60,307 nt of DNA, from NCBI GenBank assembly GCA_040756235.1, contig JBFLZG010000113.1, forward strand, positions 1-60,307, in the 5' to 3' direction. Under the pieces are notes generated by a model. That model had not been told where the DNA came from. It made no database searches and saw nothing but the letters and a program-made list of their open reading frames with translations. Made by a program: the position numbers and the translations under genes. Below, in pieces: positions 28,869 through 37,876 of this stretch. Numbering within the stretch: the stretch's first letter is position 1; each line of letters starts with the position of its first letter. The DNA is from a bacterium. Its GTDB lineage: Bacteria > Desulfobacterota > DSWW01.

Positions 28869-29681
28869 ATGGGCTGCAACGCAAGGTCGTCAGCAGGTCC
28901 GGTTTGCCGGCTCGGCGCTCTCCTGATATCTCCCGTCGGGATCCTCTTTTCACTCGCCCTGTCTCTTTTGGTCTGCCCGGGCTGCGGGATGGACGAAGGC
29001 TCCTCCGGGCAGATCGAGCCGGGCACCGTGTTCTTGTCGGAGCAAGGCACCTTGCAGGGTACAGAGCCTGCTGTCCTGCCGGTTACGATTCCGTACGGGG
29101 TTTCCCTCCTGGACATCACGCTCGAAGTCACGGCGGGAGAGGCGGATCTGCTCGCAGGCGTGGAAGACCCCCCGACCGACTATTTCTGTTTCGGTCAGGG
29201 TTTGGGAAAGCAGAAGATCCTCGTGGGCCCCGGGAGTCATCAGCCGCTCGAGGCCCGCACCTGGTACGTGGAGGTGGTGAGCCCCTTCGGCACGGGGGCC
29301 GAATGGCGGCTCACGGCACAGAGGAGACCGGGCAGCTCGGCGCTCCCGCTGACGGAACAGGAGGGCGACATCCCTGCCGGACAGTCGGTCTCCATAGCGC
29401 TCGCGATACCGGAGGACGCTGACTCTCTGGAGATCGTCCTGGAGAGCCTGCAGGGGGACGCCGACCTCCTCCTCGGGTTCGGGCAGTTGCAGGAGGCCTC
29501 CCTTTCTCTCAATCCCGGGACCGGCTTCGAGGTCGTGACGTTGGGCCCCGAGACGGTGGAACCCCTGCGCGGACAGACCGCCATTGCCAGGCTCGAAAGC
29601 TATGATCAGGATACCCGATACCGTTTCACTGCCACCTATCTCGCCGCGAGCCCGGAAGGTCCGCCAGCGGCGGCCCCCTGA
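28869..29681 (+). CDS. lipoprotein with two PPC (pre-peptidase C-terminal)-like domains
   Basis: Hydrophobic segment plus a lipobox-like Cys; repeated L.I.L....G.ADLL motif; TWYVEV. Confidence 0.6.
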   Translation: MGCNARSSAGPVCRLGALLISPVGILFSLALSLLVCPGCGMDEGSSGQIEPGTVFLSEQGTLQGTEPAVLPVTIPYGVSLLDITLEVTAGEADLLAGVEDPPTDYFCFGQGLGKQKILVGPGSHQPLEARTWYVEVVSPFGTGAEWRLTAQRRPGSSALPLTEQEGDIPAGQSVSIALAIPEDADSLEIVLESLQGDADLLLGFGQLQEASLSLNPGTGFEVVTLGPETVEPLRGQTAIARLESYDQDTRYRFTATYLAASPEGPPAAAP

Positions 29682-29743
29682 GCAAAAAAAGGACCCGGGG
29701 CGCCGCTGGACCGCAGGCTCTCTCGGCTTTGCTGACATCTTCC

Positions 29744-30601
29744 ATGGTGGGATTCCTCTATGCCTTCGGCGCGGCCCTCTTCGCCTCTGCCACGGACGCG
29801 CTCTGCAAGAAGTCCCTGGAGCGGCAGACCCCCGTGGCTACGGCGTGGGCCCGGTTTGCCGGTGCGACACCCTTTCTGGCGGCCGCGCTCTTCTGGGTGG
29901 ATCTGCCGCCCGTGGGCCGGAGCTTCTGGACGCTCCTCGTCGTCCTGGTCCCTCTCGAGATCGTGGCGGTCTGCCTCTACATGAAAGCCCTGCAAGTCTC
30001 GGCACTCTCCCTCACCGTCCCTTTCCTCGCGCTGACACCGGCCTTCACCACGGCCGCATCTTTTGTCCTGCTCGGGGAACGGCCGGATGCGTCGGGCATG
30101 GCCGGAATCGCCCTCATCGTGACCGGCGCCTACCTGCTCAACGTGCATCTCTCCGATCGTGGTGCGCTCGAGCCGCTCAGGGCTATCGTGAGGGAGAAAG
30201 GATCCGGGTTGATGATCGGCGTTGCGTTCCTCTACAGCATCACATCGAGCCTCGGAAAGCTGGCGGTCGAGCTTTCCAGCGCCTCCTTCATGGCCGTCGC
30301 CTACCTGCCCGTCCTTTCCGTCGCCTTTCTCCCGCTGGTCCTTCGCTCCGGCGTACGGGGCTCGGCCCTGATGTCCGGGTGGCCGATCTTCCTGCTGATC
30401 GGCGCGAGCCAGGCCTGCATGGCCTTCTGTCACTTTCACGCGGTCTCCCTGATCCTGGTCTCCTACATGCTCTCGGTGAAGCGGTTGAGCCTGGTCGGGA
30501 GCGTCCTTGCCGGGCGGATCTTCTTTCGCGAGACGCAGCTCCGGGAGCGACTGCTCGGATGCCTGGTCATGCTCGCAGGAGTCGTGCTCATCTTGCTCTG
30601 A
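29744..30601 (+). CDS. EamA/DMT family transporter
   Basis: About 10 TM segments, LSLTVPFLALTP, LLGE, SVKRLS...FFRE. Confidence 0.9.
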   Translation: MVGFLYAFGAALFASATDALCKKSLERQTPVATAWARFAGATPFLAAALFWVDLPPVGRSFWTLLVVLVPLEIVAVCLYMKALQVSALSLTVPFLALTPAFTTAASFVLLGERPDASGMAGIALIVTGAYLLNVHLSDRGALEPLRAIVREKGSGLMIGVAFLYSITSSLGKLAVELSSASFMAVAYLPVLSVAFLPLVLRSGVRGSALMSGWPIFLLIGASQACMAFCHFHAVSLILVSYMLSVKRLSLVGSVLAGRIFFRETQLRERLLGCLVMLAGVVLILL

Positions 30602-30644
30602 ACGCTCTTTGCTCTGAACCCTCGTGGAGCGATTCGGCTCCAGG

Positions 30645-30801
30645 AGGCTGTTCAGATACCCAGATGCAAGGCACAATAGATTTCGACGAATGAGGCGCAA
30701 CTGGGAGTCACCGTGGAGCCGGCCTGCGCCGGGGCAGGCTCCCCCCGCCTCCATGCGCCATGAGCGCAGCGCAGCAGGTGGGTGTTTATTAGGGACTGCC
30801 T
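30645..30801. mobile_element. MITE-like repeat, copy 2 (degenerate)
   Basis: AGGCTGTTCAGATACCCAGATGCAAGGC...GAATGAGGCG...CCGGCCTGCGCCGGGGCAGGCT...GCAGCAGGTGGGTGTTTAT. Confidence 0.7.
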
Positions 30802-30834
30802 CCAAACCTTTCTCGGATAGACCGGAGGTCGAAA

Positions 30835-31593
30835 TTGAGCTCGCCAGAGACCGGGCCCGGAGAGGCGAAAAGCAAGGACTGTCTGTTCAACGAAAAGAAG
30901 GACCTCGTCGGGGATTTCCACTTCGGGGCCGAGACGGCCAGCGTCTTTGATGACATGCTCGACCGTTCCGTCCCCTTTTACGGCGAGATCCAGAGAATGA
31001 TCGCCGAAATGGCCTCGGACTTCGCCGTGCCCGGGACCAACGTGTACGACCTGGGCTGTTCCACCTGCAACACCTTCCTGGCTCTCCAGGAGAAGGTGCC
31101 CCGAGGGGTCCGTTACGTGGGCGTGGATTCATCCGAGGAGATGCTGAAGAGGGCTCGCGAAAAGCTCTCCGCCAGCGGGTTTCCCGGTGAGTACGAGCTG
31201 ACTGTCGGCGACCTGAACAGCGGGGTTGCCGTCGGAAACGCGTCGGTGGCGATCCTGAACCTCACCCTGCAGTTCGTTCGCCCCCTTCACCGCGTCCGTC
31301 TCATCCAGTCGATAGCCGCGGGGCTGAACTCGGGAGGGTGTCTCATCCTGGTGGAAAAGGTGCTGAGTCACAATTCCACCATCAACCGGCTGTTCATCAA
31401 GTACTACTACGAAATGAAGAAGCGTCACGGATACAGCGAGCTGGAGATCGCCCAGAAGAGAGAAGCGCTGGAAAACGTGCTCATCCCCTATCATCTGGAC
31501 GAGAACAAGGATCTTCTCCTGTCGAACGGTTTCAGCAGCTGCGACGTCTTCTTCAAATGGTACAATTTCTGCGGCATGCTGGCCTTGAAGTGA
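30835..31593 (+). CDS. cmoA: carboxy-S-adenosyl-L-methionine synthase
   Basis: DFHF...VFDDMLDRSVPFY, VYDLGCST, NLTLQFV, GYSELEIAQKREALENVL (conserved Arg), FKWYNF. Confidence 0.92.
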   Translation: MSSPETGPGEAKSKDCLFNEKKDLVGDFHFGAETASVFDDMLDRSVPFYGEIQRMIAEMASDFAVPGTNVYDLGCSTCNTFLALQEKVPRGVRYVGVDSSEEMLKRAREKLSASGFPGEYELTVGDLNSGVAVGNASVAILNLTLQFVRPLHRVRLIQSIAAGLNSGGCLILVEKVLSHNSTINRLFIKYYYEMKKRHGYSELEIAQKREALENVLIPYHLDENKDLLLSNGFSSCDVFFKWYNFCGMLALK

Positions 31594-31616
31594 GGCGCCT
31601 TCTACAGGAGTGCAGG

Positions 31617-32420
31617 ATGACTTCACGCGCTGCAGACGGGGTGCCCACGAAGCCGACCGGTTCGTTGGAAGGGGAGCACCGATCCCGGAGCCGCCTTCTC
31701 CTCGCCGCCTCCGGACGCTTTTTTTTCCGGCTGCGGAACGGCCTGTTTCCCGCCGTCTTTGTGATCTTGTTCCTGGTGACCAGGCCCGCCTATTTCCTCG
31801 GAGCTCCTGCTCTCGACCGGCTCATCGTGGCGATCGGTATCGCAACCGCCCTGGCCGGAGCGTCATTCCGGATGGCCGTGATCGGCTACGCCTACATCCG
31901 CAGGGGGGGCAAGGACGGCCGGATCTTCGCGGATCGGCTGGTCGTCCAAGGCTTTTACGCTCACACGCGCAATCCCATGTACGTCGGGAACTTTCTCATT
32001 ACGGTCGGCATGGGATTGATCTACGGCTCGGTCTGGGTCTATGTGCTCGTCATTCCCTTCTTTGCTTTCGCCTACCTGTCGATCGTTGTAGCCGAGGAGA
32101 CCTACCTCCGCGCTCGGTTCGGCAGCGAATTCGAAGCGTACGCGAGCCGGGTCAATCGTTTTCTGCCGGACTTCCGTGGATTGCGCGGATCCCTCCGGGA
32201 ATTCCGTTTCGACTGGAGGAAGGCCCTGCGCAAAGACTACGGGACCTTGTCCGGCGTTCTGGCGGGCATCCTGTTCGTGATTCAGTGGAAGGAATTTTAC
32301 TACCGAGGCTTCGAATTCAGGAGCCGGGACCTCCTGCCTCTTTCGCTCTTCGTCCCTGTCCTGGTCTTTTACACGGTCGTGCGGCGCTTGAAGAAGACCC
32401 GGCGGCTCGTCTCCCGATGA
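31617..32420 (+). CDS. isoprenylcysteine carboxylmethyltransferase (ICMT/PEMT) family membrane protein
   Basis: TM segments; YAHTRNPMYVGN; AEETYLRARFGSEFEAYASRVNRF. Confidence 0.88.
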   Translation: MTSRAADGVPTKPTGSLEGEHRSRSRLLLAASGRFFFRLRNGLFPAVFVILFLVTRPAYFLGAPALDRLIVAIGIATALAGASFRMAVIGYAYIRRGGKDGRIFADRLVVQGFYAHTRNPMYVGNFLITVGMGLIYGSVWVYVLVIPFFAFAYLSIVVAEETYLRARFGSEFEAYASRVNRFLPDFRGLRGSLREFRFDWRKALRKDYGTLSGVLAGILFVIQWKEFYYRGFEFRSRDLLPLSLFVPVLVFYTVVRRLKKTRRLVSR

Positions 32421-32445
32421 ATCGGGCCCACAGGAGGAAAAGCCG

Positions 32446-33438
32446 ATGCTGCTCGAGAAGTACCGCAAAGTCCACTTTCCGAGGACGATCTTCCCCGAGT
32501 TCAAGGTGAACCCGGAAGCCTGCACCCACTGCGGCAGGTGTGTGGAGGCGTGCCCCACCATGGGGCTCGCCATGGGAGCCGACGACCTGCCGTACCTGCG
32601 AGGCTACAAGGGATACGAGAAGGCGTGCCTGGCCTGCCGGAACTGCGAGGCCGTCTGTCCGGCCGGCGCGTGCTCGCTCACCGGCGTCTACAGGGTCCTG
32701 GAGGGACGGTACAAGACGGTGATGCCGAACGAGGTGACGACTCCGAACCCGTTCGGGCAGCCGCAGGCCCCGCCGTTCGATGAAATCGCCGCCAGGCTCA
32801 CGGCGACGGAACGCCACATTCTCACCCGCCGGAGCATTCGCCTCTACAAGGACAAGCCGGTCCCCAGGGAAATGATCCACCGGATCCTGGAGGCGGGCCG
32901 CTTCGCTCCGTCGGCGGGCAACTGCCAGCCCTGGAAATTCGTGGTGATCACGGATCAGAAGTTGATCCGGGAGCTCGAGCTCGAGTCCATGAAGGTCCTC
33001 CGGAAGTTCCGGGATCTCTATCTGGCGGGCAAGTCCTGGAACAAGAGCGCGGTCACGCTGTTCAGCTATCTGAAAATCAACAAGATGGATCAGCGGCCCA
33101 TGACCGCCATGGAGAAGGCGGACCAGTGCGACAGCGTGATCTACTGGAACGCGCCCGTGGCGATCTTCCTCCTGGTGGACAAACGGGGCATCAGCAACCC
33201 GGACCTGGACGGCGGAATCTGCGCGCAGAACATGGTCCTGGCGGCCCATGCCATGGGGCTGGGGACCTGTTACATCGGCCTGACGATCGCTGCCCTGGAT
33301 TATCTGCCGGCTATGCGGAAGCGGCTGGGCATCGTCCCGCCGTGGCGCGCGCTCACCTCGCTGGGCGTGGGCTTTCCCAAAGGGAAGATCGACAAGCCCG
33401 TGGCGCGCAACGCGGTGCCGGTAGAGTGGATCGGGTAA
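32446..33438 (+). CDS. nitroreductase family protein with an N-terminal 2x[4Fe-4S] domain
   Basis: CTHCGRCVEACP, CLACRNCEAVCP, RRSIRLY, APSAGNCQPW, QNMVLAAHAMGLGTCYIG. Confidence 0.92.
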   Translation: MLLEKYRKVHFPRTIFPEFKVNPEACTHCGRCVEACPTMGLAMGADDLPYLRGYKGYEKACLACRNCEAVCPAGACSLTGVYRVLEGRYKTVMPNEVTTPNPFGQPQAPPFDEIAARLTATERHILTRRSIRLYKDKPVPREMIHRILEAGRFAPSAGNCQPWKFVVITDQKLIRELELESMKVLRKFRDLYLAGKSWNKSAVTLFSYLKINKMDQRPMTAMEKADQCDSVIYWNAPVAIFLLVDKRGISNPDLDGGICAQNMVLAAHAMGLGTCYIGLTIAALDYLPAMRKRLGIVPPWRALTSLGVGFPKGKIDKPVARNAVPVEWIG

Positions 33439-33505
33439 AGCAGGCATGCCCGCTCGGCATCACTCTCGGGCCTGAAAGCCACGCGACCCTCAAGTTCACC
33501 GAGGG

Positions 33506-33718
33506 ATGGGTGTTCCGGCGACTTGCGGGGCGAGTCACGACGGCCGTCCCGAGTCCCGTCAGGCCGGTGGAACGGAGAGTTGTTTCCTCGCTACCGCGCC
33601 CGCCAGGCTCGTGTGCCCTGATACACCCGGCCAGGGACGAGGGACGACAAAGGGGAACTGCCCGAAGGGCGGTGGTCTCCGACCCATGGGAGGAGAAGAG
33701 GCCGGAGCGTTCTGAGCC
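33506..33718 (+). ncRNA. unidentified structured RNA-like element, copy A
   Basis: Aligns end to end with the reverse complement of 54605-54819. Substitutions preserve stems, and G-U pairs define the strand. Confidence 0.6.
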
Positions 33719-33822
33719 CCAGGCAAATCCAGCCGGAATCCCCGCCCGCGGTGAACCGGAGCCTTGCGGACCTTTTCTTCAGCCCACCTAAGGGCTCTTC
33801 CCCGGAATCCGGCGCCTGACAC

Positions 33823-33990
33823 TTACCTTCGATCGCCCTTGAGGCCGAGCTGGTCGGCGATGATCTCCTTCATGATCTCGTCGGTGCCGAACTTGAAGAT
33901 CGGCGGGGTCGCCATGCCGTTGTGGACCCCCACCGCCATCTGGAGGCCCGCCATCCCGCACCGGTGCGGAACTCTTTTCCGGCTGGCGAG
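33823..33990 (-). pseudogene. internally deleted acyl-CoA dehydrogenase remnant
   Basis: Manual translation CGMAGLQMAVGVHNGMATPPIFKFGTDE|IMKEIIADQLGLKGDRR*: an N-domain segment joined directly to the C-terminal GTxEIMKEII motif. Confidence 0.7.
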
Positions 33991-34075
33991 CGTTCCTTGA
34001 CGAGCGGCCGGCCCTTGTTTAGGGTACTTCAGATGGAAAGACGTTCACCGCCTGTTGGAAACAGGAGGACGCCGG

Positions 34076-35164
34076 ATGATGAAATATACCTTTCATCAAG
34101 AGTTCGAGGGATGGAAAGAGTTCAGCGCCAGACCTCTTCAGGAACGGCTGCCCCTGTTCTTTCGCGAGGGAAGGATCTACGACGTCCTGTTTTCGCAGCA
34201 GTTCAACAGGTCTTTCCTGGATTCGCTCTCTGTCCTGACCAACCGCATTCGACGAATCGCCAAGACTCCGCGAGGGATCTCCTGGCTGCACGAGCTCCAC
34301 GCGCACCAGCGCGCCATGCTCTACTTCGTGCAGCCTTCCACCCGGACCTTCCTCTCCTTCCTGAACGCCTGCCATATCCTGGGGTTCCACACGAGCGAGA
34401 TCCGCGACCCGCAGATCTCTTCGGAGATCAAAGGGGAGTCCCCGGAGGACTCGATCCGCACCTTCAGCAGTTACGTGGACCTCATCATCATGCGCCATCC
34501 CCAGGAAGGGTTTGCGGAAAAGACCGCCTGGCTCCTGAACGCCTTTTCCGACCGGCCCGTGCCGGTGATCAACGCCGGCTCGGGCAAGGACCAGCACCCG
34601 ACCCAGGCTCTGCTGGACGTGTACACGCTCCAGCGCTCGTTCCAGGACACCGGGGGGATCGACGGCAAGGTCATCGCCATGGTCGGCGACCTCAAGAGAG
34701 GCAGGACCGTGCGCTCCCTGAGCTATCTCCTGAAGAATTACGAGGGCGTCAAGATCCTCTATGCGGCGCCACCGGCCTTCCGGATCGGCGAGGACATCCG
34801 GGAGTTCCTGAAATCTCATGAGATCCCTTACGAAGAATGCGATTCCCTCCGGGCGGTCCTGCCGCAGGCGGATGCTCTTTACATGACGCGGATTCAGGAC
34901 GAGCACGACGTCGAGGGGGAGTCCCGGTCCGAGTATGCGGAGTTCAGCCTGCACAAGGGGCTTCTGGACCTCATGAAGCCGAGCGCCATCATCATGCATC
35001 CGCTCCCGCGCCGCGGAGAGATCGACGTGATGGTGGACAGGGACCCGAGAGCCATGTACTGGAGACAGGAGCGCAACGGCATGTGGACCCGGGCCGGCCT
35101 CATGACCATGATCTTCGGGACGGAAGAGCAGATCCGGACCGATGGCGATCGATTCATGGACTGA
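34076..35164 (+). CDS. pyrB: aspartate carbamoyltransferase catalytic subunit
   Basis: QPSTRT, KGES, INAGSG, HPTQALLD, GDLKRGRTVRSL, YMTRIQ, MHPLPR. Confidence 0.9.
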   Translation: MMKYTFHQEFEGWKEFSARPLQERLPLFFREGRIYDVLFSQQFNRSFLDSLSVLTNRIRRIAKTPRGISWLHELHAHQRAMLYFVQPSTRTFLSFLNACHILGFHTSEIRDPQISSEIKGESPEDSIRTFSSYVDLIIMRHPQEGFAEKTAWLLNAFSDRPVPVINAGSGKDQHPTQALLDVYTLQRSFQDTGGIDGKVIAMVGDLKRGRTVRSLSYLLKNYEGVKILYAAPPAFRIGEDIREFLKSHEIPYEECDSLRAVLPQADALYMTRIQDEHDVEGESRSEYAEFSLHKGLLDLMKPSAIIMHPLPRRGEIDVMVDRDPRAMYWRQERNGMWTRAGLMTMIFGTEEQIRTDGDRFMD

Positions 35165-35244
35165 CGCCTCCTCGCCTCGGGCGGCGCGATGTCGATACCG
35201 GCAGGACGGCAAGACGGCAGGATGAACGGGAGGATTCGGTTCCG

Positions 35245-36171
35245 ATGGTTGGCAGGGTCGAGCGTCCGGGGCTGAAGGGCCTGGATCGGAAGAGCAACTT
35301 CCTCGGCCTCGGCCCTGAGGATGCGGAGCCGGAGCGGGCCGGAGTCGTGATCCTGCCGGTCCCCTACGAACGCACCTCCAGCTACGTAATGGGGTGCTTT
35401 CGGGGGCCTCAGGCCATCCTCGAGGCCTCGCCTCAGCTCGAGTACTACGATGAGGAGCTCGACTGCGAGATCTATCGCCTCTGCGGGGGAATCGCGACCC
35501 TGGAGCCGCTCGACCTGTTTGCGGAGACCACCGGGCCCGCGGTGGTGGAGAAGGTCCGTCAGACGGTGGCTTCCCTGCTGGAGAAAGGCAAGTTCGTCGT
35601 TTGCCTGGGCGGGGAGCACACCAGCTCCCTCGGGGCTATCCGGGCATGCCGGGACCGCGGCGACGGCAAGCTGTCCCTGCTTCAGCTCGATGCCCACAGC
35701 GATCTGCGCGATTCCTATCTGGGCGATCCGTACAGCCATGCATCGGTGATGGCCCGCGCCCTCGAGTTCGTCCCTCGCCTGGTCCAGGTCGGCATCCGCA
35801 GCCAGGACGCCCAGGAGCTGGCGCACCCGGCTCGCGACCGGGTGCAGACGTTCTATGCCCACGCGATCAAGACCGGCAAGATGCCGGACTGGCAGGAAAG
35901 GGTCCTGGACGCTTTGAGCGACCGCGTCTACATCACGATCGACGCGGATTTCTTCGATCCCTCGGTCGTGCCCGCCGTCTCCACGCCCGAACCGGGCGGC
36001 TTCCTCTGGTACGAGACCCTCGAGCTCCTCCGGAAAGTGACGGCCGCAAAGGACGTGGTCGGGTTCGACATCTGCGAGTTCTGCCCCGTGGACGGCCTCC
36101 ACTACCCCGACTTCACCCTGGCCCGCCTGCTCTACAAGCTCATCGGCTACGTCTGGCTGAAGCGAGTCTGA
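35245..36171 (+). CDS. speB: agmatinase
   Basis: PYERTSSY, GGEH, DAHSDLRD, SHAS, DADFFDP, TPEPGG. Confidence 0.92.
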   Translation: MVGRVERPGLKGLDRKSNFLGLGPEDAEPERAGVVILPVPYERTSSYVMGCFRGPQAILEASPQLEYYDEELDCEIYRLCGGIATLEPLDLFAETTGPAVVEKVRQTVASLLEKGKFVVCLGGEHTSSLGAIRACRDRGDGKLSLLQLDAHSDLRDSYLGDPYSHASVMARALEFVPRLVQVGIRSQDAQELAHPARDRVQTFYAHAIKTGKMPDWQERVLDALSDRVYITIDADFFDPSVVPAVSTPEPGGFLWYETLELLRKVTAAKDVVGFDICEFCPVDGLHYPDFTLARLLYKLIGYVWLKRV

Positions 36172-37594
36172 CCGCCCCAGGGACCGTTCTGGCCGGCTCG
36201 GCCCGGGTGCCCGCCGCGGCCCGAACCTTGCCGTCAGCGCCCTGGCTCGAGCCCAGCCCGATTCCGCGATAGGTGCCGACCGCGCTCCGGAACGAGCCGT
36301 CGTAGACCCTCCTGCCGTCGATGACCACGGGCTGCCTCATGCAGCGGTTGAAGACGTCCGGAGAGAGCTCTTTGAACTCGTCCCACTCGGTCAGAATCAT
36401 GCAGCAGTCCGCTTCCTTGAGGCAATCCTCCACGCCCTCCGCGTAGCGGATCGGAAGAGTGTCCCGGATGAACCGCTCCCGGGCGTTGCGGATCGCTTTG
36501 GGATCGTACGCGACGATCTCCGCCTCCTGCGCATAGAGGTGATTGGCGATCTTGATGCTCGGCGCCTCGCGCATGTCGTCTGTGCCCGGCTTGAAGGAAA
36601 GGCCGAGCAGGGCGACGCGCTTGCCCTTCAGGGAGCCGCCGAGCTCCTGTTGGGCCATGGCCACCATGTGGGCGGCCTGCTGCTCATTGACCTCTTCCAC
36701 CGATTCGAGCAGTTGGGGCTCGACCCCGTTCACCCGCGCAAAGGCGATGAGGGCCTTGACGTCCTTCGGAAAACACGACCCGCCGTAGCCGCATCCTGCG
36801 TTGAGGAACGCCGGATTGATGCGCCAGTCCGCCCCGATTCCCTTGACCACCTCGTAGATGTCCACGCCCGGGATGGTCTCGGCGATGCGGGCCATCTCGT
36901 TGATGTACGAGATGTTCATCGCCAGGAAGGTGTTCCGTCCGTACTTGACCATTTCTGCGCTTTCCAGGCTCATGCGCAGTATGGGCACCTTACGGTCGCG
37001 GTAGACGGCCTCGCAGAACGCCTCGAGCACGTCCCCGCTGCGCGCATCGAACTGGCCGATCACCACGCTGTCCGGCTCCCGGGTGTCTTCCACTGCGGCG
37101 CCCTGGCGGAGGAACTCGGGGCTCATGCACAGACCGAAGTCCCTCCCCGCCTTCTTGCCCGAGTGCTCCTCGATCAGAGGCAGGATGACGTTGCGGGTGG
37201 TACCCGGAACGATGGTGCTGCGGGCGACGACGAGCGTGTAGCGGCTCTTCTCGCGCAGGGCGTCGCCGATCGCGGCCGCGGTCTGTTTGATCAGTCTCAG
37301 GTCCGCCTCCCCGCTCATGAGGCTCGGGGTGCCGACCGCGATGAACAGGATGTCGGATTCGAGGACGGCCTGTTCTCTTCCGAGGACCGCCTGCAGCTTT
37401 CCTGCCCGGACCGTGCGTTCCACGATCGGGTCCAGATCCTTTTCGAAGAACGGGGCGCGGCCGCCGTTGATGGTCTCCACCTTTTCGAGGTCCTGGCTGG
37501 AGGTCAGCACCCGGAACCCGCGGTCCGCGAACACGGCTGCCGCAACGAGTCCCACGTAACCGCTTCCGAGAATGGCGATGTTCGGCTCTCGCAT
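36140..37594 (-). CDS. ugd: UDP-glucose/GDP-mannose dehydrogenase family protein
   Basis: GSGYVGL, AVGTP, PEFLRQG, GYGGSCFPKD, GLSFKPGTDDMREAP. Confidence 0.93.
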   Translation of the reverse strand: MREPNIAILGSGYVGLVAAAVFADRGFRVLTSSQDLEKVETINGGRAPFFEKDLDPIVERTVRAGKLQAVLGREQAVLESDILFIAVGTPSLMSGEADLRLIKQTAAAIGDALREKSRYTLVVARSTIVPGTTRNVILPLIEEHSGKKAGRDFGLCMSPEFLRQGAAVEDTREPDSVVIGQFDARSGDVLEAFCEAVYRDRKVPILRMSLESAEMVKYGRNTFLAMNISYINEMARIAETIPGVDIYEVVKGIGADWRINPAFLNAGCGYGGSCFPKDVKALIAFARVNGVEPQLLESVEEVNEQQAAHMVAMAQQELGGSLKGKRVALLGLSFKPGTDDMREAPSIKIANHLYAQEAEIVAYDPKAIRNARERFIRDTLPIRYAEGVEDCLKEADCCMILTEWDEFKELSPDVFNRCMRQPVVIDGRRVYDGSFRSAVGTYRGIGLGSSQGADGKVRAAAGTRAEPARTVPGAVRLASARRSR

Positions 37595-37795
37595 GGTCGT
37601 CCGTCCCTCCCGAGCTCGATGGCTCCGCGTCTCAGTGATGGTAAAAAAATATTATGCCATTACGCCGATGCTGTAAACAGGTTTTTCTTGCGAGCGCGCC
37701 GACATCGCCGCCGCGCCCGTGCGGGCGCCGCCGATCCGCGTGGGGGATGAGTCGGCGCGCTCGCCCGACGCGAGGCCTCGGGGGGGCGCAGGGGG

Positions 37796-37823
37796 TTGCC
37801 CTCTCCCTGCCTCTTGGTATAAT
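37796..37823 (+). promoter_or_regulatory. putative promoter of the hrcA operon
   Basis: TTGCCC-N16-TATAAT with an extended -10 (TGgTATAAT). Confidence 0.55.
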
Positions 37824-37876
37824 TCCCTTTAGTGAAACCGGAGCCAAGGGACCGGAGCGAAGAGAGGGGATCCGCG

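Noticed and set aside
33506..33718. Twin element as an FMN, Moco, c-di-AMP or cobalamin riboswitch, twister ribozyme, or group II intron domain I
   Set aside because: Only short superficial matches (e.g. AUGGGAG, GUCCCGAG). The defining cores and intron domain V are not seen; cmscan is needed to be certain.
34076..35164. pyrB as a putrescine or ornithine carbamoyltransferase because it precedes agmatinase
   Set aside because: ATCase-specific KGES, GRTV, RIQ and HPLP motifs are present rather than HCLP.
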